This document shows, in pieces, positions 12,219 through 22,130 of a stretch of DNA of 64,000 bases. The notes below the pieces were generated by a model, which saw only the letters and a list, made by a program, of their open reading frames with translations, made no database searches and had not been told where the DNA came from. The position numbers and the translations under genes were made by a program. The stretch is taken from positions 1 to 64,000 of the forward strand of contig JAANOX010000246.1 in the NCBI GenBank assembly GCA_020184695.1, read 5' to 3'. Source of the stretch: Histomonas meleagridis 2922-C6/04-290x (lineage: Eukaryota; Protista; Parabasalia). How positions within the stretch are numbered: the stretch's first letter is position 1; every line of letters starts with the position of its first letter.

Positions 12219-12860
12219 ATGAAAGCTGCTTTGTTTGATTTAGATGGTGTAATCGTGGACTCTGAGTCAGATTACACTGTTTTCTATGGAAAACAAGGTG
12301 AATTATATCTTCCTGAAAATCCAAATTTCAAAAATGATATCAAAGGATCAACTTTGGTTCAAATATTCGATCGTTATTTCAAAGGAAAAGAAGACATTCA
12401 AGCTAAGATAGTGGCTGCATTAAATGAATTTGAAAGCCAAATGGAATATCCTTACATTCCAGGAGTTCTTGAGTTTATCATGGATTTAAAGAAAAATGGA
12501 GTGAAAGTTGCTGTTGTAACATCATCTAATGAGGTTAAAATGAATTCTCTTTACAAAAGACATCCGGAATTAAAAACACTATTTGATGCCTCAATCACAG
12601 CCGATAAAATTGTAAAATCTAAACCAGACCCAGAGTGCTATCTTAAAGCACAATCTGAGCTTGATGTTGCAATTGAGGATTGTTATGTATTTGAAGATTC
12701 ATTTGCTGGATTGGAATCAGGCAGAAGAGCCAAAATGACAGTAGTTGGCCTTTCAACAACCAATCCAAAAGAGGCAATTGAAGGGAAATGTGACATTGTA
12801 ATCCCTGATTTCAATGGTTTCACCTACCAAAAGATGATTGAGGTACAAAGAAAAGAATAA
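12219..12860 (+). CDS. HAD-family phosphatase (beta-phosphoglucomutase-like), bacterial type
   Basis: LFDLDGVIVDSE (motif I), VVTSS (II), KSKPDPECY (III), VFEDSFAG (IV). Confidence 0.92.
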   Translation: MKAALFDLDGVIVDSESDYTVFYGKQGELYLPENPNFKNDIKGSTLVQIFDRYFKGKEDIQAKIVAALNEFESQMEYPYIPGVLEFIMDLKKNGVKVAVVTSSNEVKMNSLYKRHPELKTLFDASITADKIVKSKPDPECYLKAQSELDVAIEDCYVFEDSFAGLESGRRAKMTVVGLSTTNPKEAIEGKCDIVIPDFNGFTYQKMIEVQRKE

Positions 12861-13029
12861 ATGTAAAGATAGAATAAAAAATAATTTTGATAATAATAAT
12901 TTATTTGATAATTAAAGACATATACATTGATTTATTAATATAGGGTGTTCCACATCAACCTTCTCTTCTATATAGAATAGATGCAGCAATATTTTATATA
13001 AATAAAAACAGTAAATTTTATAGGTTTTA

Positions 13030-13260
13030 TTTTGATTTTAAAACATTTAATTGAACCAAAAAATCCTGCATAATCAATAAGTGTAACATTATTAACAAAT
13101 GAACATAAAGTGATGGATGAATTAGTTGACTAAAATTAAAATTTTCTTGTGATGATATTTCTTGAAGTTTTTCAAATTGTTTTTGCAATTTTATTCGGAC
13201 CATGTTCTTCTTCAATGAGTTGCTTATGAAATTCCCAATCATTATTTGATAGTTCTTTGA
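13030..13260 (-). pseudogene. Degenerate fragment of a DUF3447-type ankyrin-associated domain
   Basis: Reverse complement resembles 15120-15320 (EKLQEISSQ.NF.F.Q.I.PSLY...LIDYA.FFGSIKCF) with frameshifts. Confidence 0.7.
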
Positions 13261-13408
13261 GATTATCAGTTATCTCATTGCAAAATTGCGATTAATTAAA
13301 AAATTGATTTTGCTTTTGGTTTTATAATGTATAAAATATCATGTTTTTTGTGCTTAACGAAATCTTTATGTATCATATCGGCTTCTATCATCTTTTTAAG
13401 TAAGTAAT

Positions 13409-14323
13409 TTGATTTGTCTCAAGGATCTCGAAGAAGATTACGTAGGTGTTCCAATCAATCGCTCACCACCAGTCGTTTCATTCCGCGAAACAGTCACACA
13501 AACATCATCAGTTGTCTGCATGGCAAAATCCACCAACAAGCTCAACCGTGTCATGATGCAAGCACAGCCATTAGGCGACGACTTGCTCAAGGCCGTCGAG
13601 TCCAACGAAATCACATCTTGTATGGATAACAAGACACGTGCCAAGGAACTCGTCAACAAGTACGGATGGGAGCAAACAGACGCACGTCGTGTTTGGTCAT
13701 TCGGCCCAGACACAACAGGTCCAAACTTGCTCGTCGATACCAACAAATCCGCCGAATAATTACAAGAAATTAAGGAGCACCTTGTCTCAGCCTTCCAAAA
13801 CGCTACAAGAATCGGTGTCCTTTGCGAAGAGCCATTACGTGGTGTACGTTTCAACGTCGTCGAAGTATATCTTCACTCTGATGCATCACACCGTAACGGC
13901 GGCCAAATTGTCCCATGCGGCCGTCGCGTCCTTTACGCCTCAGAGTACACAGCCGAGCCAACATTGATCGAGCCAGTCTACTTAGCAGAAATCACAGCAC
14001 CATTGACCGTATGCGGTGGTGTTCACGGAGTTTTGTCCAAGCGTCGTGGAAAGGCATTCGACCAACAACAACGTGAGGGTACACCATTGATGGTCATCAA
14101 GGCTTATCTTCCTGTTATGGAATCATTCGGCTTCGATAAAGATCTCAGATCAGCCACATCAGGTCAGGCATTCCCACAAATGATCTTCGACCACTGGGAG
14201 AATCTCCAAGGCGACACATTCGAAGATGGAAACCAACTCAGCGCCACAACTAAGGCTGTCCGTAAGAGGAAGGGTCTCTCTGAAACCATCCCATCACTCG
14301 ACCACTACCTCGATAAACTTTAA
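13409..14323 (+). pseudogene. EEF2: Elongation factor 2, C-terminal about 300 aa only (5'-truncated) with one in-frame TAA
   Basis: ICLKDLEEDY...PPVVSFRETV...VWSFGPDTTGPNLLVD; TAA 13757-13759 in place of Y (AE*LQE); same frame continues EEPLRGVRFNV...LHSDASHRNGGQ...EPVYLAEI...KAYLPVMESFGF...GQAFPQMIFDHW...LDHYLDKL. Confidence 0.93.
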
Positions 14324-14681
14324 ACACTTTAATAAATAAATAAAAGGCTTCCTTCAAATTGCTGAAATGTTATTTAATTAATTATACTATTGTTCAATTG
14401 AATTGTTTTTGATATATATTTTTATTTATTATTATTATACTTCACAAATTTATACATAAATAAAATTTCATTTCCGGTTTATCACTTTGGCTTAGCTTAA
14501 ATTGTCCAAGATTGAAAAAAGTGACGGGGCATAAAACAATGAATGCTTTCAAATTTGAATTGGTATATCGGTTCTTTTTTTCTAAAAACCGTTAAGAATT
14601 TAAATTGTAAATTTCCACATTAGTCCAAATGAACATTGCGACTGGGAAACACTTCTATCAATAAATCAAGCAATTTTTGGT

Positions 14682-16146
14682 ATGAATGAAGAGAATTTCT
14701 CTAGATCTTTAGGTTCAATAATCGACAAATTTGATGAAATCCATCCTTTATCTTATGATTTCATGAATATTCAAATGATATATTATTCCTTTGTGATTAA
14801 AAATAATAACGCAGATTTATTTTTGAATGTTATTAAAGAAATAAGAACATTTGAAGAGAATAATAAAATCAAATCGAATATATTTGATATATTTGGGCGA
14901 TTTCTTAATAATAAGCATACACATGAATCATCTTATCTTTTGAAGCTATGATTGAACATAATTTTCTTGAACCAAACATTGTAAAAAACAACCAGAGTGC
15001 TTATTTTGTGCATTATATGTCTAAAGATAAATTAGCAATCTATTTAAGGGAAAATGATTTTGTAAATTATAAAGAACTTTCAAAGAATGATTGGGAATTA
15101 CATAAGAAATTAATTAGAGAAGGACATAATCCAAATGAAATTTCGAAAATAATTCGAAATGATGAAATAGAAAAACTTCAAGAAATATCATCACAAACAA
15201 ATTTTGATTTTAATCAATACATTGAACCATCACTTTATGAAAGATGTTCTTTTATTAACAAGAAAAAAGTTTCATTAATTGATTATGCAGCATTTTTTGG
15301 ATCTATTAAATGTTTTAAATATTTACTTGTGAATGGTGCAAAAGTAGAAAACACAGGTAAATATGCTGTTGCAGGTGGAAATGAAGAAATTATTTATTTA
15401 TGTGAACAAAATCATTCAACATTTAAAGATGCATATGAAACAGCAATTTTGTTTCATCGAAATGATATCTTTAAATATCTTTGTGATCTTAAACCAAAAG
15501 AAATTAATAATTTAGAAGAATTAGGAAGACATTGTATTTTATATCATATTTATGAAATATTTTCATTTTTACTTAAAGAAGGAATGAAAATCAATGATGA
15601 TATTATTAATGAAGCAGCAATGATTGGAAATATTTTTTTAGTTGAATATTTTCTTAAAGAGCATTCAAATCCGCTTGATATATTGATATTTTCAGCAGAA
15701 TCAGGAAACAAGGAACTTGTTAAATATATTTTGGAGCAAAAAGGAATTGATATTAATGCTAAAGATATTTATTTGTTTAATTTGAAATTTATTTTAATAA
15801 TTTGATATTTCAAAATAATATTTGGAAATTATTTAAATTATTTAAAACAGCACTTATGAGAGCATCTTGTTATGGTCATACAGAAATAGTTAAATTACTT
15901 CTTGAACAAGAAAGAATTGATGTAAATGCTAAAAATATTTATTTGTTTTATTTAAAATTTATTATAATAATTTTATATTTCAAAATAATATTTGGAAATT
16001 ATTTAAATTATTTCAAACAGCACTTATTTTAGCATCTATAAAAGGTTATACAGAAATAGTTAAATTACTTCTTGAACAAGAAGGAATTGATATTAATGCT
16101 AAAAATATTTATTTGTTTTATTTAAAATTTATTTTAATAATTTAAT
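14682..16146 (+). CDS. DUF3447-type domain + ankyrin repeats interrupted by 17-nt elements; frameshift near 14950, 3'-truncated
   Basis: IREGHNPNEISKIIRNDEIEKLQE...SLIDYAAFFGSIKCFKYLL; ankyrin units KTALMRASCYGHTEIVKLLLEQERIDVNAKN and QTALILASIKGYTEIVKLLLEQEGIDINAKN, separated by 77-nt clusters at 15767-15843 and 15937-16013; third cluster from 16107 cut off. Confidence 0.85.
15767..16146 (+). other. Clusters of 17-nt intervening elements with 3-nt micro-exons
   Basis: 15767: ATTTATTTGTTTAATTT-GAA-ATTTATTTTAATAATTT-GAT-ATTTCAAAATAATATTT-GGA-AATTATTTAAATTATTT; 15937: 17-AAA-17-TAT-17-GGA-17; 16107: 17-AAA-17-AAT-(truncated). Confidence 0.9.
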
Positions 16147-16159
16147 ATATTATAATATA

Positions 16160-16975
16160 GGATCCAATGAAACACGCATACGAAAACCACCAGACAAATT
16201 TGTAAGTGGTGATTAAGTTTTTCTTGTGAAAAGCCAAGTGCCGTAAGAATCATTGATGCACGTGGTACAGCTTCATCAGCTCCAATAGAGGCAAGTCTAT
16301 CATTGATCTTAGTAATGAGTTGTGGATCTGCATCTTCTGAATTGGCAACCTTTTCAAGTTCTTCTAAAAGTTCGGTACGTTAGGAGCTTCTTGTTCAACA
16401 TGGATAATAAGAAGATCATATGGAACACCACGTACAAGCGATGAGTTAATATATTTCATAAGTGTGGTCTTGCCAAGGCCATTACGACCAACTAATCCAT
16501 AGCGATTTCCTGGACTGAGAGTAAGAGAAGCATCTTCAATGAGCGTAAGTGGACCAATGCTGACATTAAATGGTGTAAGAGCAAGATGACATGGATGACG
16601 AAATTCTGGGCGACGGAATCCCATTCCATGTTTGAATTGTGCATTTTCTTCATCATTTTGTTTAAGTTTACGCTTGCAATCAGCATCAAGGGTGGCTTCC
16701 TCTTTCTTGAGGTTCCTTGCATAATATTTGGTTTCAATGTTATCTTCAAATGAAGGAACATGTCCAACTTCTTGAATGGATAAACGAGCCATTGCAAGGC
16801 GTTCTTCATCAAATGGATCTGCTGCATTATCTTGCATTAAAGCTGACATGATATTTGGCGTATTCATTTCTTCAACAGGTTTTTCGATAGGAGGATCTTT
16901 AAGGTGGAACAAATCTGCCGCAAGCTCATTAGCATCTTCTTCTGATTCAACAATTCCACCAATATCAAGAAGAAA
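16160..16975 (-). pseudogene. ABC-F family ATPase (ABCF3/GCN20-like) N-terminal fragment
   Basis: Walker A RYGLVGRNGLGKTTLM, LIIHVEQE; after a frameshift ERTELL...RASMILTALGFSQ and a degenerate LSGGFRMRVSL signature ending abruptly near 16160. Confidence 0.85.
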
Positions 16976-17320
16976 ATGTGCAAAAATATTTATAATAGTT
17001 TGAGGAGGTTTATTATTTTCTTTTTCCTGTATAACTTTTATAAAAATTAAATATATGGTAAAATTAATTATACTTGAAACAAAAGGTGAATAAATCAATT
17101 GACTAATGATCAGATTTATTGAATTTATGAAATTTTTAACAAACAAATTCAATATTATCAATTCATCCATATTTTTTTCGTTTAAATCGTGAATAATTTT
17201 TGAGACATTTTAATTGGCTTTCACATAATTTGTTACCCATTTAAAAACATAAAATTTATTTATATATAAAATGGAAAAACATATTTTAACTTTGTATAAA
17301 ACAACAAACAATTTTCATAG

Positions 17321-20300
17321 TTATGTGCTTGTACTTCCAAACAATTTTTCTCTAGTTTTTCTTTGCCTTTCGTGAATTAATGATGTTTGTTTTTCTTGAT
17401 TCATCATTTTTTCCACGAATTCTACAAGTCTTACTTCATTTTCAGATAATTTTGATCTTAAGAACTGACTATCAGCCGAAAATCCAGCGCCAATTCTACT
17501 TAATTGTTCTCTAATTCTTCTTTCAGTAATTAAGTCTTCATTTAAATCCTTAATCTTTTGTTCGTATTCCATTAAACTTTCGTTTATTTCTTCTTCGCGT
17601 TTTGCTGCTTCTATTTGTTGATGCACTACAATTTTCTTCATATCTTTAATCTTATTCTTAAGATTTAATGTTTCACTATCACTTTTATCTTTTTCCTTTT
17701 TTATCTCTGAAATTTCTTTCTTTAAATCATTTATTTTATCTAGACGCTTTTTGCTTTCCATTATTTCATTTGTCATAAAGTCACACGCTTCAATACAATC
17801 AGAACCTTCATAACCAAGTGATTTCGCTTGTTGTAAAACATTTTCAACATCTTCTTGATTCTTTGCTGAATTCCTTTGAAGACTTGTAACGATATCGATA
17901 ACTGTTTGTTGGATGTTTGTTGGAAGAGGAAATCGAAGATTTGTTTGTGGACTTGAAGAAATTATTCCAAAAATTTTACTCGTAAATTGTGAAGCTTCTG
18001 TAAGCTTTCTTTGTGATTCAGTTTTTTCTTTAAGCAAATCATCAATAATTTTTGGAAGAGAATCAATTGTATCAATATTCATTAATTGAGCAATTTCTTT
18101 TTCTTCTTGTTTCTTCTTTAATGAATCATTTACGAAATCTTCTATTGTTTCCTTTGATGATTCTTGTACTGCATTATTGATAAATTCAATATTTTCATTA
18201 AGCACTTTAACAGTATCTAATATTTCACTTTTGGAAGGAATTTTAAGATAGTTTGAAATTGATGAAAGATTATTAGAATCATCAACTAAAGATTCAATAC
18301 ATTGAATCATTTCTTCATTGTTTTCTGTTTTAATAGGTAAAATAGTTTCCAATTGATTCTTGAATTGTTCATAATTTTGTATTTCAAGACTTGCTTTTGT
18401 ATTTTTGTCTTCTTCTTCATTTATAGCTTTAATTAGCTGTTCGTTTTTAATAGTGAGTTCTTGAATTTCTTCATCTTTTTTCTTTAATTCATTATTTTGT
18501 TCATTTATTAAATTTGACATCTTTTGATTTTGTTCAGATAATTTTTCTTCTAAAACGTCAATATTTGAGTTGGATTTTGTTAATTCATCTTCAAGAGAAT
18601 ATATTTTTTCGTTTGCTTCATGAAGTAAATCATTTGTTTGTTTGTTCATATCATTAAGGCTTGATATACTATTTCTATTTGTTTGGTTTTCAATATTTGA
18701 GTTCTCAAGTTGAATTTCTAAATTTTCTTTTTCATTTTCGATATCGCTAAGTTTAGATTCAAGTTCTTTATTTTTATTTTCAATTTCATCATTTTGATTT
18801 TTTAGTAATAAATTATTTTGTTGTAATGATTCAATATTTTCTTTTTGCTCATTTAAAGATTTGTTTAAGTTATCAATTTCTTCAGTTTTATTATTTAACT
18901 CTTTTTGAAGATTATTATTTTCTATTTCCAAAAAATTAATTTTTTCTTGAAGCTCATTATTTTTCTCTTCGACAAAACTTATTTTTTTATTAAGTTTGGA
19001 TTTTTCATCTTCTAATGATATTAAATCTTTTTGTAGATTATTTTTATTATTTTCTAATGAAATTAATTTATTTTGAAGATTCTTTTTTTCTTCTTGTAAT
19101 GAAGTTATATCTTTATGATAATAATTTTTTTCATTTTCTATTAATTTAATTTTTTCGTGAAGATTCTTCTTTTCATTTTCTATGGAATTTATTTTTTTAA
19201 GAAGGTCATTTTTATCATTTTCTAATGAATCAATTTTTTCATGAAGATCATTTCTTTCTTTTTCTATTGTATTTAACTTATCAAGAAGATTCTTTTTTTC
19301 ATCTTCTAATACATTTACTTCTTCATGAAGGTTATTTTGGTCTTTTTCCATAATATTTAATTTTTTAAGAAGACTTTTTCTTTCATTATCTAATGAGTTC
19401 AATTTTTCGTTTAGGTTAATTTTTTCATTTTCTAGCATATACAATTTATTACGAAGCTCTTTTTTTTCTTTTTCTAATGAATCTAATCTTTTGTTTAAAT
19501 TTGTTTTCTCGTTTTCCAATAAGTTAACCTTTTCTTGGTATTGCTTTTCTTTGCTTTTGTTTTTCTTTTGATTTAATTCTTTTTCTTCTTTCATTTGATT
19601 AATAGTTGTTACATTTAGATTGATTTGCTTTCTTAATGCATCATTTTTAGAATTTAATTCTTTTAATTTTATTTGAAGGTTTTTTATTTTGTTATTTTTA
19701 TCTAAACAATCTGTTTTAATTTGTCGGATTGTTTGTTCTGATTTTTCCTTTATTTGTGGTAATACTTCGTCTTCGTAGTGCATTTTCATATTATTTAAAA
19801 TTTCTTCTAATTCGTTTTTCTTTTTAATAATTTCTTGATGTGATTCCTGTCCAAATTCAGAAATTAAATTTTTCATTCCATAAAAAATATTGTCTACAGC
19901 CTTCCTATATGATTGTATTTGTTTTTTTATTTGATGAAATTGTGACTTTAATGAAGTTATATCAATTTTACAAAAAGAATGATTATACGTTGGCGATGTT
20001 GGGTCATTGTCCAAAGAAAAAGACGCTGCTTTCCCTCTTAGAATGCGATTTTCATTTGCAAGATCCTCATTTTTCCTTTTGAGGGCTTGAATTTGTTTCG
20101 AATATTTTGCAACATTTTCTTTTTGCATATTTGAAAGCGACTCAATTTTATCGCTAAAGTTCTTCATTTGTGTCATTTGTTTCTGGTTGATTTCATCTTG
20201 GTATTCTTTGAATTGTTTAATAATTTCTTCAATAAATTCTTCTCTATCATTACTAATTGTACTATAAATTATTTCATCAACGCGATCTGCGATGAAGTTT

Positions 20301-20467
20301 CCGGAAATTTTTTCTTGTAGCATTTGATATGAAAGTTTATCATGTGTAATTTCCAGAAGTATATTTTGTAGTGACTTAATGAAAACTTTTTTCCTACGAT
20401 TGTAAACTTCACGAGTAAAGTTTGATATTCTAGTATTTTCTTTTATAAGTTGATTTTTTGTTTCCAT
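17321..20467 (-). CDS. Long coiled-coil protein with 14-aa internal repeats
   Basis: 1048 aa K/E/N/L-rich; repeats such as LEDEKKNLLDKLNT / IEKERNDLHEKIDS / IENEKKNLHEKIKL. Confidence 0.8.
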   Translation of the reverse strand: METKNQLIKENTRISNFTREVYNRRKKVFIKSLQNILLEITHDKLSYQMLQEKISGNFIADRVDEIIYSTISNDREEFIEEIIKQFKEYQDEINQKQMTQMKNFSDKIESLSNMQKENVAKYSKQIQALKRKNEDLANENRILRGKAASFSLDNDPTSPTYNHSFCKIDITSLKSQFHQIKKQIQSYRKAVDNIFYGMKNLISEFGQESHQEIIKKKNELEEILNNMKMHYEDEVLPQIKEKSEQTIRQIKTDCLDKNNKIKNLQIKLKELNSKNDALRKQINLNVTTINQMKEEKELNQKKNKSKEKQYQEKVNLLENEKTNLNKRLDSLEKEKKELRNKLYMLENEKINLNEKLNSLDNERKSLLKKLNIMEKDQNNLHEEVNVLEDEKKNLLDKLNTIEKERNDLHEKIDSLENDKNDLLKKINSIENEKKNLHEKIKLIENEKNYYHKDITSLQEEKKNLQNKLISLENNKNNLQKDLISLEDEKSKLNKKISFVEEKNNELQEKINFLEIENNNLQKELNNKTEEIDNLNKSLNEQKENIESLQQNNLLLKNQNDEIENKNKELESKLSDIENEKENLEIQLENSNIENQTNRNSISSLNDMNKQTNDLLHEANEKIYSLEDELTKSNSNIDVLEEKLSEQNQKMSNLINEQNNELKKKDEEIQELTIKNEQLIKAINEEEDKNTKASLEIQNYEQFKNQLETILPIKTENNEEMIQCIESLVDDSNNLSSISNYLKIPSKSEILDTVKVLNENIEFINNAVQESSKETIEDFVNDSLKKKQEEKEIAQLMNIDTIDSLPKIIDDLLKEKTESQRKLTEASQFTSKIFGIISSSPQTNLRFPLPTNIQQTVIDIVTSLQRNSAKNQEDVENVLQQAKSLGYEGSDCIEACDFMTNEIMESKKRLDKINDLKKEISEIKKEKDKSDSETLNLKNKIKDMKKIVVHQQIEAAKREEEINESLMEYEQKIKDLNEDLITERRIREQLSRIGAGFSADSQFLRSKLSENEVRLVEFVEKMMNQEKQTSLIHERQRKTREKLFGSTST

Positions 20468-20906
20468 TATTTTGGAACTAAGCTCAAATTTGGCGCCAAA
20501 AGATTATGTTTTCTTAGGTTTATTTACAGAATCCGTTTATTGGAGAATTTGAGTGTAGACAAAGATTTAATGCATTCTATATTCTGATATATGCATTATA
20601 ATGTGCACCTAACATATGAGCAAATTCAGGGAATTCCATTAATGGTTATCTATATTTCTTGGATAAGGGGGTCGACCTTGAAGCAAAAAATTGTTCATTT
20701 AAAAAAAGATGGCCTGAAATTGCATTAGTTTCCAATACTCATTTCGGTTATTTAATTCAATTCTTTAATATAACACGGTTAAACCACTTTTTGAAAGCTA
20801 TCAATTTTTTTGATGTGCATAGAAAATATCTAACGCGCTTTCAAAATTCACTTGATTTTTCATTCAAAAGTTTGTCGTTTTTCAAATCCAAAGTTTTCGT
20901 TGAAGC

Positions 20907-21434
20907 ATGGGAATATGTTGCGATTGTTTTTTGTTCGTGTTGATGAGTATATATTTGGGTCCTACAATACTAGTTTTTAGTCCTTTTATCTTGTTATTTA
21001 AGTTACTCAATTCAATTATTCATTGTATATGCCCAAATGGAAATAGATTTTTACCATGCCCATGTCAAGAAGGTGATTGTATCGATAATATGTGGTTTTG
21101 TTCCGTTTATGAAAATATAAAATGTTTTCCAAAATCATGTTGCATTTTAGGTAAAAATTGTCAATGCTGCGGGAAACCTTCATGTTGCTGTCAAACACCA
21201 TACTTTAGGTGCACAAGTGAAGAATGTTGTTGTTGTTGCCCTCCACCAACTGAAGAATCCATAGAGAGAGCAAATGCTCGTATGAAAAACCAAAACATGA
21301 GTTCTTCTGCAGAAGAAATTCCAAATAATGAAAAAAATGAAGAAATTGAATATCAGCAAAGCCAATACTATCCAAATTATATAACTAATAATGTGGAAGC
21401 TGAAATCGAAGAAGATAATAATGTGTTAAATTAA
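20907..21434 (+). CDS. Small cysteine-rich protein with N-terminal hydrophobic segment
   Basis: 175 aa; MGICCDC...; CCILGKNCQCCGKPSCCCQ, CTSEECCCCCPPP; acidic tail. Confidence 0.65.
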   Translation: MGICCDCFLFVLMSIYLGPTILVFSPFILLFKLLNSIIHCICPNGNRFLPCPCQEGDCIDNMWFCSVYENIKCFPKSCCILGKNCQCCGKPSCCCQTPYFRCTSEECCCCCPPPTEESIERANARMKNQNMSSSAEEIPNNEKNEEIEYQQSQYYPNYITNNVEAEIEEDNNVLN

Positions 21435-22130
21435 TCGTTAAAACTGAAAAATGATCAATGACTATTTGAAGTTTATACACTAACACAAAATCAGAACCTG
21501 TTTAATGAACATAAAAAAAAAATGTAATATAATTATTTGTAAAAAATATTTTTAGCAATTATTTTTTTTTCTCTACATTATGATGTATAATTTCTATAAT
21601 TTTTCAAAAATTAAAATTGAAAGCATTCTTTATTAGACCTAAATAATAATAATGAAAAGTGTGATTTTAAATATTAATAAAATTCCAGAAACAATCCGAT
21701 GTAAAGAAGAAAGAAATTTATGTATTCACTTGTATATTTATAAAAGTTATTCTCTATTCAAACATTAATAAAATTTAAAATTATTCGTTTACTTAATTAT
21801 ATTGGCCTAAAGAAATTTGTTTGTGTAGCATACAGGAATGATATTTTGAGTAATTTATTAAATTTATTCATTTTCCTTCTTTTTATGATAAAAAAATATT
21901 TTTGATTTTAATTTTGTAAACACAAGACTCACTAACTTTTTGTTTTTATAAAACAAAAAATTTATGCATTGGAGTGCTTGTCATTGGTAACTTATCAATG
22001 TACAAATGGGTGCGATTTGTTATGTTAAAATTTCTATTGAAAACGATCATTCGGCACTTTTAAATTTTGGTTTGGTACTTTTTTTCGTGTGAAATAATTG
22101 ACAGTTATTGTCAATTGGCTAATTTAAAGA

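Noticed and set aside
14940-14955. Frameshifts at about 14950 and about 25490 as further 17-nt elements
   Set aside because: Both are explained by single-base deletions with no T-rich 17-mer present.
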